Assembly: GCF_036321535.1 (NCBI RefSeq)
Contig: NC_087436.1
Span: forward strand, 56,918,001-56,982,000
Reading direction: 5' to 3'
Length of the DNA stretch: 64,000 nucleotides
DNA from: Camelus dromedarius
Lineage: Eukaryota
In this document: positions 37,601-52,263 of the stretch, in pieces
Layout: every line of letters begins with the position of its first letter
Numbering within the stretch: position 1 is the stretch's first letter
Program-made: the position numbers and the translations under genes
The notes under the pieces: generated by a model
Seen by the model: the letters and a program-made list of their open reading frames with translations, nothing else
What the model was told of the DNA's origin: nothing
Databases searched by the model: none

Positions 37601-38304
37601 TATGAAGGAATGGATATGGATCAATAACAAAAACCAAAACTATTCTTAATTCCACTGAAAATATCCAGTTTACACATCAAATTCTCCCAGTATGTAATAT
37701 TTCCACATCTACTGGCATTTAACTTCACAAAACTAATTCTAGCAAATTCCTCAAAGCTATTTTCTGCAAGCTATGTGGTTAACTGATGAAGAAAGCAAAC
37801 AGGACATTGCAAAAAAAAAAAAAATCTATGAGATGTGAAACTACAATCTTTAAATATTTTCATAATCTGATTCTTTCATATGACAACATATTTTTAAACT
37901 ATTCTTTAGCCAAATTTGATGCCTGCTTCTTCTCAAGATTTAAAAGTTTTAACAAAATAACTGCAGTTTTGCTATAGACAAATAATAAAATTAATTCATT
38001 TTTACTTAAATATTATTACTTTAGGCATTAAATCTTAACATTTCAGAATTTTGAAAAGTCTATATAGAAATACTATCAATGGTTGCCTCTGGGTAGTGAA
38101 ATAATTTTATTTTACTTCTATTTTTTTTTTGTACTTCTCAAATTTTCTCTGAAAACATTTTACTTTTATTATAGATGAAAAATTAAGAGTAGCATTTTTA
38201 TATATATTAACATAACATTATTTTGCATATATTGTTCTATACAGTGGCATATACACATAACAAATATCTTTGGGAAAAATTAGAATTATAAATAATAACT
38301 CTTA

Positions 38305-38520
38305 CTTATAAACACTAATAGTTAGATAATCTTCTGAATCCTTTGCATGTATTGATTTATCTCATCCTCACAGCAACCATAGGAGCTAGGTACTAGTATT
38401 CTCAGATGAGGAAATGAACGAATAGAGTTAATATGACTTACTCACAGTAGTATAGCTGGCTGGTATAGGCAGAGCTAGATTTTGAGCCCAAATAATTTGA
38501 CTATAGAGCACATGTACTTA
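38305..38520 (-). mobile_element. MIR SINE
   Basis: tcatcctcacagcaaccataggag...cagatgaggaaa...ggcagagctagattttgagccca. Confidence 0.75.
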
Positions 38521-41500
38521 ATTAAAATAAGTGAGTGCTTTCACAGAGTATATTATGGATGTTTGTATCTCTGAAAATTTCTTTCAAGCCAGTCTGATTC
38601 AGCCTGATGTGAGTCTAATTTAGGATGTAAACTTGACAATTTTTATATCTTTGCATAAATGAGTATTAGGTGAAAAGCTACAATAAGATAAAAAGATTAA
38701 TCATAATAAAAGTCATTTCAGGATTAAGAGGTAAATCTCTAAACCTGATCATAAAGAAAATTTTCTTCAAATAGTTTAAGCTGCAACCATTATTTCTATT
38801 AAGATTTATAGCTTTCCTTACAGAAAAGGGCCTCTTAATAATAACATATCTTTCAGTATGTGAAAAAGAACCAAAAAAATCAAATTAAAATCTCCACAGG
38901 ATATTTGTTTTTCTCTATGAATTTCTTCTAGGAAGCAAAATTTGAGAACATGCGTATGGTTGTTCCATCTGTGCAAAGTCAAACATCCAAATTAAATCTG
39001 AAAAATATTCGCAAATTTCATTCAGATAAATTCAAACCATCAGATATTTTAAAATACCTAATTTTATTTTCTTTTTAATTTAACCAAGGTACTTGATATA
39101 GATACATCTTAGTCAATCTTAGTAGAGCAGTCTTAATCAAAGCTACAGTAAATGTCAAAAGAAAATTTGGTAATTTTTTAAACAAACACATTCAACACAC
39201 CATATTATTAAAGTAATTTGACAAAAACTACTATGAAAACATAGGCAAAATGAATACCACAGTGAGATAAACAAGGCACATTTTCCAAATTAATATCAGT
39301 TGAATGTCTCCTTTAATGAGATGTATTAGGCTGATAAGTCTTTCTATGTAGGATTTAATCTTTAGGGGAAAAAACTGAGGGCAGCCCTAGTTTTCTTTAT
39401 ATCTGTCTGGCCAGATTCTTTGAAAAATTCTTGCAGCCTTTTTGTTATATTAGTATAATTTTATATTACTTATAAAATGTATTATTTATACTATTAAATG
39501 TGTATTTTAAAATTTATACTACTTTTATACAATATAATATAGTATAATATAATATTTGAGTTATATATGATTAAGTCAGAATTATCATTTTGGAACTTAG
39601 CCTCTTAAACACTTAAGTGCTTCTGTCCCAAAGACAAAAACATATGTAAATTTTGAACAAGAGATCCCGTTGGCATACAAGGGGACAGAGACCTTAGAGT
39701 ACAAGGAGAACTTTTAGTTATTTTAAAAGAAAGCAGAAACACTCCTAGGAAAATCAAAATCCTATCTATTTCACAGATATTTCAGTATGATCCACGGGGC
39801 AAACAAGTATCATCCCCTCCTAGAAAAGACATGAGTTGGTTCATTACCACTTGAGCCAAAGTGTCAACTGTTACACATAGATCCAAATATAGTGGCTCCT
39901 GGCAAAGAAACAGCACACAGGGAGAGGGAGAGCTGGTCGTCACCTGATAGCATTGCCTGGGTAACTTGAGCTCAAGTTTTGCTTGTTGTGGAGACAAATG
40001 CACTGAAAATCCAGGCAGTGAACAAATCATATTACTGCAATTTTAGAAAGTTCTTTGAAGATGAATTTTAAGTCTCCTGATGGGTCTTTTTGTTTGTTTC
40101 TGCTTTACTTTTTATTGTAGAATTTTCAAACATACACAAAATAGAAAGCTTCAACGATTACCATCAATAATATAATTTTAAAGTTGTATACGTAGTTTTA
40201 AACAAAAGTAAGTCTTATACATGACAAGATTTCACAAACTATTTTTCATTTTAAATGAAGAAATGTGGGTTTTAGTTCATTCATATTGCACTTAAAAAGT
40301 TGGTTAAAAAAAAGAAGAAAAGAATTGTCAGAGTTTTTTCCGATTGAATCTCTCAGGACAAATAAATCTTTGTGAGGTCTCCATCAGTGCAAATTGAGCA
40401 TGTTCAGAAATTCATTTTTATTAGTCCAACTACAGAATGGACAGACTCTCAGGGACACCTTCATGCTAATACCAAATCTCACTAGAAGCTGATGAAAAAC
40501 CCAGAAGTTCAATTTACTAATTTATAGTGAAGGATAATTGTGAAGCAATCTGGAAGGTTCAGGTCATTTCACTTCCAGAAAAGTCTAACTGAAAAATAAA
40601 GTTTAGGTCAGAAGTTTGCTCATCAAGAATAGAATCAGAGTAAAATGAGGTGGATGAAGTTAAGGAGAATCTCACCCTATTGCGGTAACCAGATGGACTT
40701 TTCCCTTGTTGGGTGACTACTTAAGTAGGTCACTTCCGATGTGCAGAACACACATTTCCCAGGCCAGGGTGGGAGAGAACTAAAAAGGGCTTGCTTTCAA
40801 ACTCCTCCTTGTTAAAGTTCCTAATTTCCATTTTTTCCCCATTACTAAGACACTTCACTGTGAAGATGTCCAATTTCTAAGCTTGTAGCTTACCTACCTG
40901 AGTAGCATTTTAAACGAACATCTTCCATTTGGAGGGAAACTCTGAGGCCCCTTGCTAAAGTTTGGGAAGCAGTCTGCTCAGAAACTATTGACTCCTAGAT
41001 GTGCTGTCTGCCACCCCTCAGGTCATTTAGATTTGAATACTGGCAAAACACAAATATAGATTTTTCCTGTTTTTCCAGCTTTCAGAGAAAGGACTCTGGG
41101 CTTTTTTTTCTGAGATTGTTAAAGAAAGACTAGCTTATAACCCAATCTCTATGGGATGTCTTCCCAAAGAATCCAAGTTCCCGCTTAAATTTTCAACCTG
41201 AACACCAAAAAAAAAAAAAAAAAGTTTTTTCATCTTTTTGTGAGCTTGTTGATTCTATTAATATTTGTTTCTCTAGAAAATTAATAAAACATACTCTTTG
41301 TTTCTCCTTTGTGCATGCACATGCTGCCAGTTTATTATTACTGTGTTAGCCTTTCCTTATCAAAGGGTTGAGAATTGAAACAATTTCAAGAGCTCTCAGA
41401 TAATACGATTAGAATTTCTGTTTCATTAGCTCTCTCTCTTTCTCTCACATTGAGTAACAAATGAGACATTTTAGTCAACAGAGCCAGAGGTTTCTGGACT

Positions 41501-43489
41501 TTTTTATGTGTCCTAAGTGGCTTCCTTTCCAACTCAACCCTAGCCAATCCATAAGAATTTGACTAGATCAAATAGCCTGTCTACTGACATGAATTCTTAA
41601 AAGTCAATTCCAATCCAAAGAATAATATTGGAGAGCACTCCATTGTTCCTGTAAGGATTGCCAGCACATTCTGATTCTGGCATTTATAAAGAGCAGTTTC
41701 CTTCTCTACATAGGCTGTCCAGAGTTGGTTGGCTGGTAGACCATGTAGTATCCCCAAATGATGGGGATGCTGAGGAATTTCCTGGGCTGTAGCATTATCA
41801 GTAACATCTCTGAAGTAATGACATCTGATTATCTTATATGCAGATATAATATTGGGTGTACATAATTTCACCAAATATAATTCACTTCTTAGTTTTGAAG
41901 TTAAAAAAATTCCCTGGTGAGTTCCACAAAATCTAAGACAACCTATTCTTTTTTTTTTTTTTTTTTTTGCCTTCAGATTTATTTCCCTGTGTTTGTTTTC
42001 TTACGTATATAATTCTAACTACTACTTGAATTGGATTGACAAATAATTTCTTTGAAGAGTCCACCTGCAAAATGACAATAACATTATCTGACAATAAATA
42101 TCAGAGCATGATATGTTTAGCCCTCAGACTGGCCTACACACTGAGCATAAATGTGTCCTTATATTTCACATTTTTTTCTCCTTAAACAAATTTGTAAGTG
42201 CCACCATGTGAGTGGTAGTATCCTATCTTGCAACTGGAACTTTGCAAGTAGTACTGGTGACATGAGGAATGATGTTCCTTTGGATGTTATTTGTTTGACA
42301 TATTTGCCGTTGTACTGTGTAGTTATAAAGACCAATTATAATTTTTAAGGGTTTCATTGGAGTGCATTTTTGCTACAGGGGGTTTTAATTAATGATTGTG
42401 TTCTTGTAGGATGAAGCAATAAAAAGGGGAAAATAGAAGGAGTAGGGACAAGAGTACAGGAGAAAAAGCAAAGAAGCCTGGGAGAGGAGACAAGGAAACT
42501 GAAAAAGAAAGTACAGGATGGAGGAAGGCAGAAAGTTGCTTAGGAAAAAGGACAAGATGGAGAAGAAAAAATTCTGAGAGAATAGGAATAGTTTGGCCGT
42601 TTTTCGTGGTAGTGCAGTTACGTCTGGCAGCAGGACCCCGAGCACCACTCAGAAGATAAAAGACCCCCAAGTAGCTGCAGTGATCAACTTTCAACTCCCA
42701 TTGTTTCCTCTTTACACTTCAGTTAACTTTTGCTCCTATTCGTTACTTGTTCTATTCCTGTTACCAAAAGCTGTTGATCTTTTCTCCTCTCTCTCTCTTT
42801 CCTTTCAATCTTAAGGTAATGAGATACCTGATCCTTTACTGTCATAAAGCCGGAAGAGAGGAGCCAACAGATGTTTAGGTGAAAGAAGAATGAGGTTTCA
42901 GGAACCTTTTGACCCCGATCCATACCGTCATGTCATCTCCTAAACTAACAGTGCTCCTTCTGCTAAGCTTCTGTAATGCAGGGCTTTTGTAAGTAATATC
43001 TCCTTTTACAAAAAAGGAAGCTTCTAGTTTAAATGCCCTGCTTATGGCTCCCCAGTGAGCAAATAACAGTCAGAAATAGAACCCAGACCTCCTGACGTCA
43101 GATTCGATGTTCTTTCCACTTCACGATGCCTAAAAATAAAAACAAATAAAGAACTCCTCAAAGCAAATAAAACCTTATCCATTTCCATGTTGTACATTGC
43201 ATCTTAGAAGCCTGAAGTTTAGTAAGACGGAGTTTTTTAATTCTAGCTTTTTAAATAGGCAACACCTGACTGTGTAACAAATTAATCCTTTTGAATGTAT
43301 TTTACTAAATAAAATGTTCTTAATATTCCTATTGAGTCTAACAATCTATGAGTGCCCTATAATAATACTTTCAAACTGTAAGGACCCTTAGGAAATTTTC
43401 TTCTATCATTTTTAAGTAAAAATGCCTTCAGCTGAATTGAGACCATTTTTGTGGTTTTATTTATATGTTTGAACGACCTCACTACATTC

Positions 43490-43825
43490 CATCAATGCCA
43501 CCCCCACAAATCTGTCCTGTTGACTCTAGATCTTATTTTAAATGTCACTTTCCTGGAGCAACCTTCTCTGACTCTTTAGAGCAAGTTATTCACCCCTACA
43601 CACTGCGTTTATACTTCTAAAGCACCTGCACTTTCCCTTCACAGCCCTTGTTATGATAGCAGTTCCACAGTAATTTGAGTAATTATTGTTTAATGTCACT
43701 GTTGCCTTCCAGACCACAAGCACCACAAGGGCAGAATTTGTCTTGTTCACTAATATATCCCCAGCATCTATCACAGTGATTGGCACATAGTATTCAATAA
43801 ATATTTATATAATAAGTAAATAGAT
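43490..43825 (+). mobile_element. L2 LINE 3' end
   Basis: tgtcttgttcactaatatatccccagcatctatcacagtgattggcacatagtattcaataaatattt. Confidence 0.78.
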
Positions 43826-43884
43826 GTGTTTCTCAGTAAAACTGCATAAAGTTTTTGTTTATCTAGCTTAAGAAGACTAACAAA

Positions 43885-44060
43885 TAATGATAGCCCGCTA
43901 TTTCTGCGCCTTCTGTGTACGATATTCTAGGTTAGATGTTTGATGTGCGTATTCTTACAACAACCCTATGAGGTAGCGACAACTTTAAATCACCCTTCTG
44001 ATGAGGACACAGAAGTTTAGAAAGATTAAGTAACTTGTCCAAAGTTACCCAACTAGTGGT
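43885..44060 (-). mobile_element. MIR SINE
   Basis: tcttacaacaaccctatgaggtag...gatgaggacac...gattaagtaacttgtccaaagttac. Confidence 0.78.
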
Positions 44061-44369
44061 TGAAGTTCGGCTGATACAAGAATTTAGGAAATAAAAATGC
44101 AAAGCAAATTATTATGCCTTTTTTTTTTCCAAAGAGTAACCATACTTCTGCTTTTTCATTAATGTTACACCAGCCCTGGGGAGAGGTGGGAGAGGGAAAC
44201 GCCAGCTTTCCCTAATAATCACTCAGTGACAGAGTCTTTCACTTTGATTCCCAGTTAACTGATCCCAAATGGAACACTTTGGCTTTTATATCGGTAAGCC
44301 TAAAAGATTCCAAACTTTTCATTCCCATGTCCATGTATTACCTACATATTTAAAATGGTATCTGATGTT

Positions 44370-44581
44370 GGCCACCCCTGACATGTGAGTGAAGGTGCTT
44401 CCAGATGATTCCAGTCATCAAGTCTTCTCAGCTGAGGCCCCAGACATGGTAGAGTAATGACAAGCCAATCCCACTATACCCTGTCTGAACCCCTAACTCA
44501 CAGACTCCAAGAACAAAACAAAATAGCTATTATTTTAGCCACTTGGTTTGGAGAGTTTGTTACACAATAGTTACTAGAATA
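44370..44581 (+). mobile_element. MaLR LTR (MLT1-type) 3' part
   Basis: gacatgtgagtgaag...cagctgaggccccagacatggtagag...ccctgtctgaacccctaactcacaga...ttttagccact...gtttgttacac. Confidence 0.78.
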
Positions 44582-44789
44582 GATGGATTGCTAGATGGGT
44601 AGAGGGCTGGAGAAGTGAATAGGTATGTGATAAAGCAAGTGTAGTAAAATACTAGTTGTAGCTAGGTGGAACATGCATAGGTGTTCACTGTACAATTCTT
44701 TGCATATCTCTGTATATTTGAAGGTTTTTACAATAGAATGTTGGTAAGGGAGAAAAGAATAGGAATCACTGTGAATAATAGAATAACTG

Positions 44790-45030
44790 CCAGCTAGCAT
44801 CTACCATGTATTACAATGTGCGGGGCTTGTGCCAATCACTTTTATACTCATTATCGTTTATTTCTCAGACTCATATTATTTTCTGGTGCTATGATTTTCT
44901 CCATCTTATAGATAAGCAATTTGAGGCTCAGAGAGGTTGATTCACTTATCTAAGGTAGCAATGCTTGTAAACAGTAGAGGTGGGATTCCAATTCAGTTAT
45001 ATGTGATTCCATAATTAATGCCCTCCATCC
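44790..45030 (-). mobile_element. MIR SINE
   Basis: ccatcttatagataagcaatttgaggctcagagaggttgattcacttatctaagg. Confidence 0.75.
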
Positions 45031-47419
45031 ATTTCTTTGATAAAAAGATAAAGTCAAAACCCCTCGAAACAGACAAATGAATAAAATGGTATCTGAATTT
45101 CTTCAGAGATAAATATTTTTACTGTTGTTTTCCCCTAGAATGCAAAGAAAAATGGGGAAGGAAGTAATAATAGGGAATGAGGTTATAGGGAGAGCTAAGA
45201 GGGCAGTTAGGAACCAAGGAAAACATTGTGTACTTTAGAACAATAATATACTAAACTATATCAATGGTGCTTAGTGTATAAAATTAGTTTATATGGCAAA
45301 TGCCGTTACTTACATAGAAGAAGAAGCCATTTTCACATTTGCCAGTAGGTGCCAAAATAAACAACAAAAATACAATCATGGATCAACTAAACCAAACTTT
45401 TCTTTATCCTTCAAACTGATTCCCTTTTTGAGGCCTGCCCAAGAATTCCAAGTGGTACCCATTGCTTGAGCTCTACAAACTGTGAGATCCTTTGAGAAAT
45501 GAAGAACAGTACAGGCTGAAGGAGAGGTAATGCGTTATATAGTGGACAGTAGCTACTTACTTGGCCAAGTATGAAGGGGTTTTTGTATGGAATTATTTCT
45601 GTTCTTCAAAATAACATTGCCAAGAATCTTTTAATTATAACTCTACCATTCCATTACTCACTGAGTAATTTTTCCTCTTATTTCCTTTGAAAGTTATAAA
45701 CAAGTTCTTCATGAAAGCTATATTTACAGTAACAGATACTCAAAGATGAAGGCTTTTCTATATGTTCTGTCTATGTCATGGTCCTGTCTAGCAACTATAA
45801 GACATTGCAATACAGAATCCAAACCTGAATGCAAGCATCATTACAGGAAGTAGACAACATGGTCTATAAAGTGAAAGAAAATCAAATTTACTGAGTGCCT
45901 ATTGCATGCTTAGCTCAGGGAGAAGCCCTCAGTTTTGTTGCAGTTTCAGCAAAACCTCAAAACATTTTCCTGTTTAAAGAACAGTTTACATAGGTCACTA
46001 CCAGGAGAAAGATGGATTAAAGAAGACATCCAAGCTGACCTCAGTGCAAATGAGAAGACTAAGTAAGTACAACGCAACTTAGCCTATTATTACATGGATC
46101 AATTGACAACTCCACAAATGTAACAACTGCATCTGGAAAATAGTCTGGTATTTTTTTTATTGACTTTTAAGCCTATTATGGGTCATAATATAAATAAATT
46201 TTCAACTGGGTCACCCTTGCTTCCCACCAGTATATCACCATTGCCACTTCAGACCAATTTTATTATATTTTAAGCTCAAGATAAGTTTACAACCCAGCTT
46301 TTGGTAAATCCATTCTTTCTGTCCTGGTCCCTTCATATTTAAGTTTCAAAATATTATGGATTTAAATCAATATCTGATGACTAGATTAAGTTACTAGCAT
46401 ATTTGAGACATATTGTATTCCTTATTAGATGAAGACTACTTGAATGCATAAAACCTATAAGTAACATCCAAATCAAGACATTTTTCATTAAGATAGCCTT
46501 AGAGATATTTTAGACTGAAGTCCTAAATTTATTTTAATATCATCTATATTTCACTGGAAACCATGAACAGAGTAAAAAGTTTCCCTTAATTGACTGTTTT
46601 CCTTGATTATCAGATACCATCTTGCCAAAGGAATGATGGGACTAGAGTAATGGATTAAATCTTGGGAGAGCATCTTGGGGGTGCTTTGAATCTCATATCT
46701 CATTTGTTTAAATTGTGGTTCAAGTTTTCCTTTCTTAGCTGTGGTGTGTATTCTTTAGGTGTAAATAGAATGAAACCATCTACTAACAATGGTGTCCAAA
46801 GTTAAGAAAGATCATACCCATCATAAAGAATACAAACTCTTAGAGAGCACAGTTCCACCCTGCAATTTTAAAAAGGCCTTTGAAGATGTCCCTAGCTTTG
46901 GCAGTATTCCAGAACCAACTGGATCAGAGTGATCCAGCTTAAAATAGAACACTGCAGCCCTGGAGACTTGTGAAAGCCCCGTACAGTGTCTGGAGCAAAT
47001 GAATGTGTAATTAATTCTGATGGACCCAACCTTCACTGGAAGACATCTGTCAAGATATCTTGAGGAATGAGATTGTGGGTCTAAAAAGAATAGATCAAAT
47101 ACTAGTCTCTGAAATATACAAACATTGACACTATTTTCTTTTTATTCTTTATCTACCTTGAGGCAAAGATTCCAACACATAATTAATCACCCAGTCTAAT
47201 GTGTTTGATTATGGGTAATATATTAAAAATCAGTATGGACTTAGTTCAATTATTTTTTACTAACTCTTTTTTTTTTTTTTTTGCAACTCTGATAAAGAAA
47301 AACAACAGATATTTCTAATGGATCTGTGTTTGGTGATCACAGTAACGACTACAGTTTAATGAAGCAAGAAGTACCTCATTAAACTATCTAGACAGCAAAA
47401 ATGCTGAAGGTTCACTCAA

Positions 47420-48295
47420 AAAACATTCACTGAGTGTTTTCTCTATGATAGATGCTCTTCCACGTAGAGATGTAGCTATTGTGATAAGTAAACTAAGTCT
47501 CTGCCCTCATGGAGTTAACATTTTAGTGTGTCTGATAGGAATAAAAGAGGCACATACAGTATTTCAAGTGGTGATAAATGCCACAAAGCCTGATAAAGCA
47601 GGGGAAGGATAAGTGAGTAATGGTGTAATGGGCTGGGGTGATATTTTAAGGTAAGAGCTTTTAGAGGGGGTGACATTTAAGGAGACTGCTGAGGGATATA
47701 AAAGAGTGAGCCACACAAATACCTGAGGAAGAGCATTTGAGGTAGAATAAAAAGCAAAACAAACAAACAAACAAACAAACAAGATCTTGAGAAAGAAATG
47801 CTATTCTATTATGGAGGCAGGTTTTACGGGAGCGAAATGAACTAGAAAAGGCGGGGACTGATATGAGATCAGAGAAGTAGCCAAAGCCCAGATGTCAGGC
47901 TTTGTGGCCCATGAAGAAGTCTGGTTTTCTTTCCAGTGTCCAGCAAGTCATTGGACGATTTTTAAATAGGGGCAGGATGTATTTCCATAAAGTTACCCAG
48001 ATTTTAAGAGGTAAAAGTGAAATCAGGGAAACCAGTTAGGAGAAGACAGTGGCTTGAAACTAGGTGTGGTTGTGGTAGACATGGTAGGAAGCTGTGGAAT
48101 CCTGCAGTAATTTAGGAGTGGATCTGAAGATATTTGCTGGTGGCTTAAATATGGAGCGTAATTTTTAAGATAAAGAGGAATCAAGAATGATCCCAACATT
48201 TTTGCCTTTAGCATATGAATGAGGATGCTGTTAACTGAGATACGGAGAGGGGTCAAGGTGAACAGGAGAGCAAAGGTTTTCCAGGGAAAATCAGT
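47420..48295 (-). mobile_element. L2 LINE fragment, with (CAAA)n at ~47756-47781
   Basis: cattcactgagtg...gtctctgccctcatggagttaacatttt...ggtgacatttaag...agaggaatcaagaatgatcccaacatttttgcc. Confidence 0.8.
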
Positions 48296-49289
48296 GATGC
48301 TTGATAACATAAAAATGTATAAGCATTAGAAATAAGAAATCTCAAAACCTTAAGTGGCATAGTGTAAAGATCACATTTATACAAGTCAGGAGACATGTTT
48401 CTAGAAAGGAATAGGCATGGGCATTGGGAAGAGATGCTTTCATTTAAAAAAAAATACATTTCTGTGCTCATTCAGGGCTTTTAAAAAATCTTGTTCATGT
48501 ATTACTTTTACTTAAAAATTTTTTAATATATCAAGAAGTTAGTAACAATTAAGTAGTTAAACGAGAGACTCTACAGTAAACAGAATGAAAAAGTCAATTG
48601 CATTTATCTACTTGGAGAGGTTTTTAAAATTATCCAACCTCTAAACCCTTTAATGAGCCTTAGAAGCAGACAGGTGCATAGTCAGTTCTCCCTTCTAGGC
48701 TGACATTTGACATTAATGTCAACTTGCTTAGTTTAAAGTTTGCTTTCTTTCCCCAGCTATGCCTTATGCTGCTCCACGTGTAGTCTGATATGCCCTGCCT
48801 CGGGCTCTAAAATGGTTTAAACACATCTATCTCAAAAGCATTTGTCATCTGTCCTAATCCGGGGACTGCTTAAGACCAAACCAGTTGGCCTCGATTAGTC
48901 AAATGAGGCCTGTTTGTTTGGTCTTTGGAGCTAGGTAGCAAATACGGGGGTATTCCAACTTGCCATATTACCTGATGCTTTCGACATGAAATCAGTTAGT
49001 ATAGTAGCTGTCATGAAGTCACTCTTTCTGTTTAGATAAGAGAGTAGCCAAAGCTCTCAGGGACATTTTAACGGATTCCTATAGAGAAGGGATTAGGGTC
49101 TCTATTAATACACTCAGACACAGGATTCCTGGAACATGGGTGATTCTACTGAACTTTCCCACTCACATTCTTCCAATGAGTTACCCTTCTTTCCACAGTG
49201 GGGTCTTATTTCAAGGGCATGCACCAGCTCACTTGTAATGTCAACTGGCTATTTTTAAAATGTGACTGTCAAATCATTAATTCGTGTTA

Positions 49290-51895
49290 ATGTCAGCTTT
49301 ACTGAGTGGTAATTTCAAGTATACAATTCAACGAGTCTTGACAAATGTATGCAGTTGTCTAACCACCATCACAATCAAGATACAGAACAACTCCATCACC
49401 CCCTACAAGTTCCTCCACTGCCCCAGTGTAGTCAGCCCTCTTCCTGACCTGCCAGCTTTCGGCAACCACTGATCTGCTTTCTGTGGCTGTACTTATGCCT
49501 TTTCTAGAACTTCATATTTGTAGAATCGTATAGTGTGTAGTTTTTTTGTGGATGGCTTCTTTCCCTTAGCATAATAGCTTGAGATTTATTCCTATCTTTT
49601 CACATTTAAGTAGTTTGTTCCTTTTTATTGCTGTAAAGTGTTTTATTATGTGGACACACCATATTCTAGTCATTCATTCACCAGTCATGGGTATATTGAG
49701 GTGTTTAGCTTATATAAACTTATAAAAGGGGGCTTAAACATTTTTGCGTGGACATACATTTCATTTCATTTGAGTTGATACCAAGAAGTAGGATTTTTTT
49801 CTATTTGTCTCATTTGTTTCCAGCCCTTCCCCCCCCCCCCCCCGGCTTTTCTTGCATTCTTTTGGATTAATTATCTTTAGTATTCTATTTTGTCTCCACT
49901 ATTGGTTTATTAGCTTTAGCTCTATGTTTTATTTTTCATGGTTGCTCAACAGATCTATAATATGTGTGTTTTTAAATAACGTTTCACAGTGTTCATTCAA
50001 ATAATATACCACTTCATACGTGAGAAACTTAAAACAATATTCCTTCATTTCCCCTCCTCCTTTGTGCTATTTTTGTCATACACCTTACTTCTACATATAT
50101 TATACACTCTACAGTGCACTATTATCATTTTTGCTCTAAACAGTCAATAGTCTTTTAAAGGGATTTAAAATAGAAGGAAAATGTCTTTTATAATTTCCCA
50201 TCTTTGAACCATGTCTGGGCATCTGTACTTCCAACTTTCCATCTGGTATCATTTTACTTTTGTTCTTCCAGTAACATTTTTTGTAGGGTAGGTCTGCTGA
50301 TGATGAATTTTCAGTTTTTATTTGCTTATATTTCACCTTCATTTCTGAAAGAGATTTTCACTGAATATCAATTCCAGGTTGGCAGGGGTTTTCTTCTCCT
50401 TTCAGTACTTTAAAGATGTTGTTCCCTGTCTTCTGGTTTGCATACTTTCTGACAAGTTTCTGTTGTCCTTAGGTTTGTTCCCCTGTACTTTTTTTTTTTT
50501 TTCCTTTCTAAGATTTTTCCCTTCATCAGTACTTTCCAGCAATTCATTTATGATGTGCTTTAGGGTGGTTTTCTTCATGTTTATTTTGCTTGGCTTTTGT
50601 TGATGTTCTTTGATCCATGGGTTCATATTTTTAATTAACTTTGGAAAGTCCTCAGCTTTGCTTTGCTTCTTCAGTTTTTTAATTGTGCTTCTCTTCCCAC
50701 TCTGGGACCTCACACACACGTAAGTCACGATGCTTGACACTGTCCTTCCTGCCATGACGCTCAGTTTATTATTTTCTGACTTTTTTTCCTCCATGTTTGT
50801 CATTTGAGATAGTTTCTATTGCTGTGTCTTTAAGTTCACAGATCTTTTCTACAGTGTCTAGTCTGCTTTTAATCACACTTAGTATAATTTCTATTCAGAT
50901 ATTATATATTTAATCTCCAGACATTTCCTGTGGATCTTTTAAAAGAGCTTCCATTTCTCTCTGCATCATGTTCAGGTTTTCCTTTACCTCCTTGAACATA
51001 CAGCAGATATGTTTTAAAGTTCTTATCTCCTAATTCTATCATCTCTGTCATTTCTGGGTCTGTTTCCTTTGATTGAATTTTCTCTTAGTTATGGATTCTA
51101 TTTTTCTGCCGCTTTGCATGCCTAGTAATTTTTGACTGGATGCTGAGTGAACACTGAGAATTTTTCATTGATGGGTGCTATATTTTGTTGTATTCTTTTA
51201 AATAGTATAGAAATTTGTTCTGAGACATAGTTAAATTACTTGGAATTAGTTTAATCCTTTCAAGTTTGCTTTAAAGCTTTGTTAGGACATGTCCAGAGCA
51301 GCCTTTAGTCTGGATTCTAAGTAATCTCCACTCCTAAGGTGTTATCATTCTGATCACTCTATCTAATGTCTGTATATTAAAAGGTTTTTCTGCTCTGCAT
51401 AGTGGGAACACAAACTATTCCCAGCTCTGTCTGAATCCCAGGAATTATTTGGTTTACTGCTTTCTGATGGTTCTTTCCTAAGCCATGAGTAAGTGGTTTC
51501 TTCTCACACATGTGCAGATCAATAATCAGCCAAAAAGTTCAGGAGAACCTTCTGCATATCTCTGGAGCTCTCTCTTCCACGGTGCAGCTGACTCCTGTCT
51601 TGTAAATTTAATTGCCTTGACCTCCCAGAACTCTGGTCTTTGTTTCTCCAATGCATTGAGAACTCTGGGTTCTCCTTGGGTTTCACGCCTTGTACTTTGG
51701 CTTGGAAACTGCCTCCAGACATTAGGCTGGGGCAGTTATAAGGATCACCTTTTTTGTTTTCTTCTATCAGGGATGACAGTGTTGCATTGCCAATTGTCCA
51801 ATTTTGAAAGGCACTGTTTCATACAGAGTGTCCAATTGTTACTTAAGGTGCAAAGTAAATTTGGTCCCTATTACTCCATTATATTCAGAAGCATA
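49290..51895 (-). mobile_element. Old L1 (L1MC/MD-like) relic: 5' region, decayed ORF1, inter-ORF, and ORF2 C-terminus/3' UTR
   Basis: ORF 50402-50803 (AEDFPKLIKNMNPWIKEHQQKPSKINMKKTTLKHII...LSESMQTRRQ) resembles the L1 ORF1p RRM region. 49290-49795 is a typical L1 3' end (accaccatcacaatcaagatacagaac...ggcaaccactgatctgctttctgt). Confidence 0.85.
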
Positions 51896-52263
51896 AAACC
51901 CATTAATCCTTTTATTGCTCAAAAGTAATTTAATACATTTACAACTAATATATTTACAAGCCTTGTGGGAAAGAAAAACCTGCAATAATCAAAATACAAA
52001 ACAGGCCTTTATACTACGTATGAAACTGACAAACTCAAACTTACAAGCCTGCACACACACATATATATATGGACCTTGTGCATTTCGTTATTTTGAAATT
52101 AGTTTGTGGTTCCCTCTCAGTATCTAAAAAGCAAAAATTATATGATGTAAGAGAGGAGAGCATTAACACAAATAAGTAAAGAGAATTAAAGATAACTGCA
52201 CACATGGTTAATAGTTTTTTTTGTTTTTTTTTTTTTACTGAATAGCTGCTTATATTTCCATAG

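Noticed and set aside
42385..42694. Hydrophobic Leu/Phe/Ser-rich ORFs resembling membrane proteins
   Set aside because: Reverse translation of a low-complexity GA-rich tract.
50136..50803. Protein-coding gene or domesticated ORF1
   Set aside because: Fragmented, frameshifted L1 ORF1 remnant.
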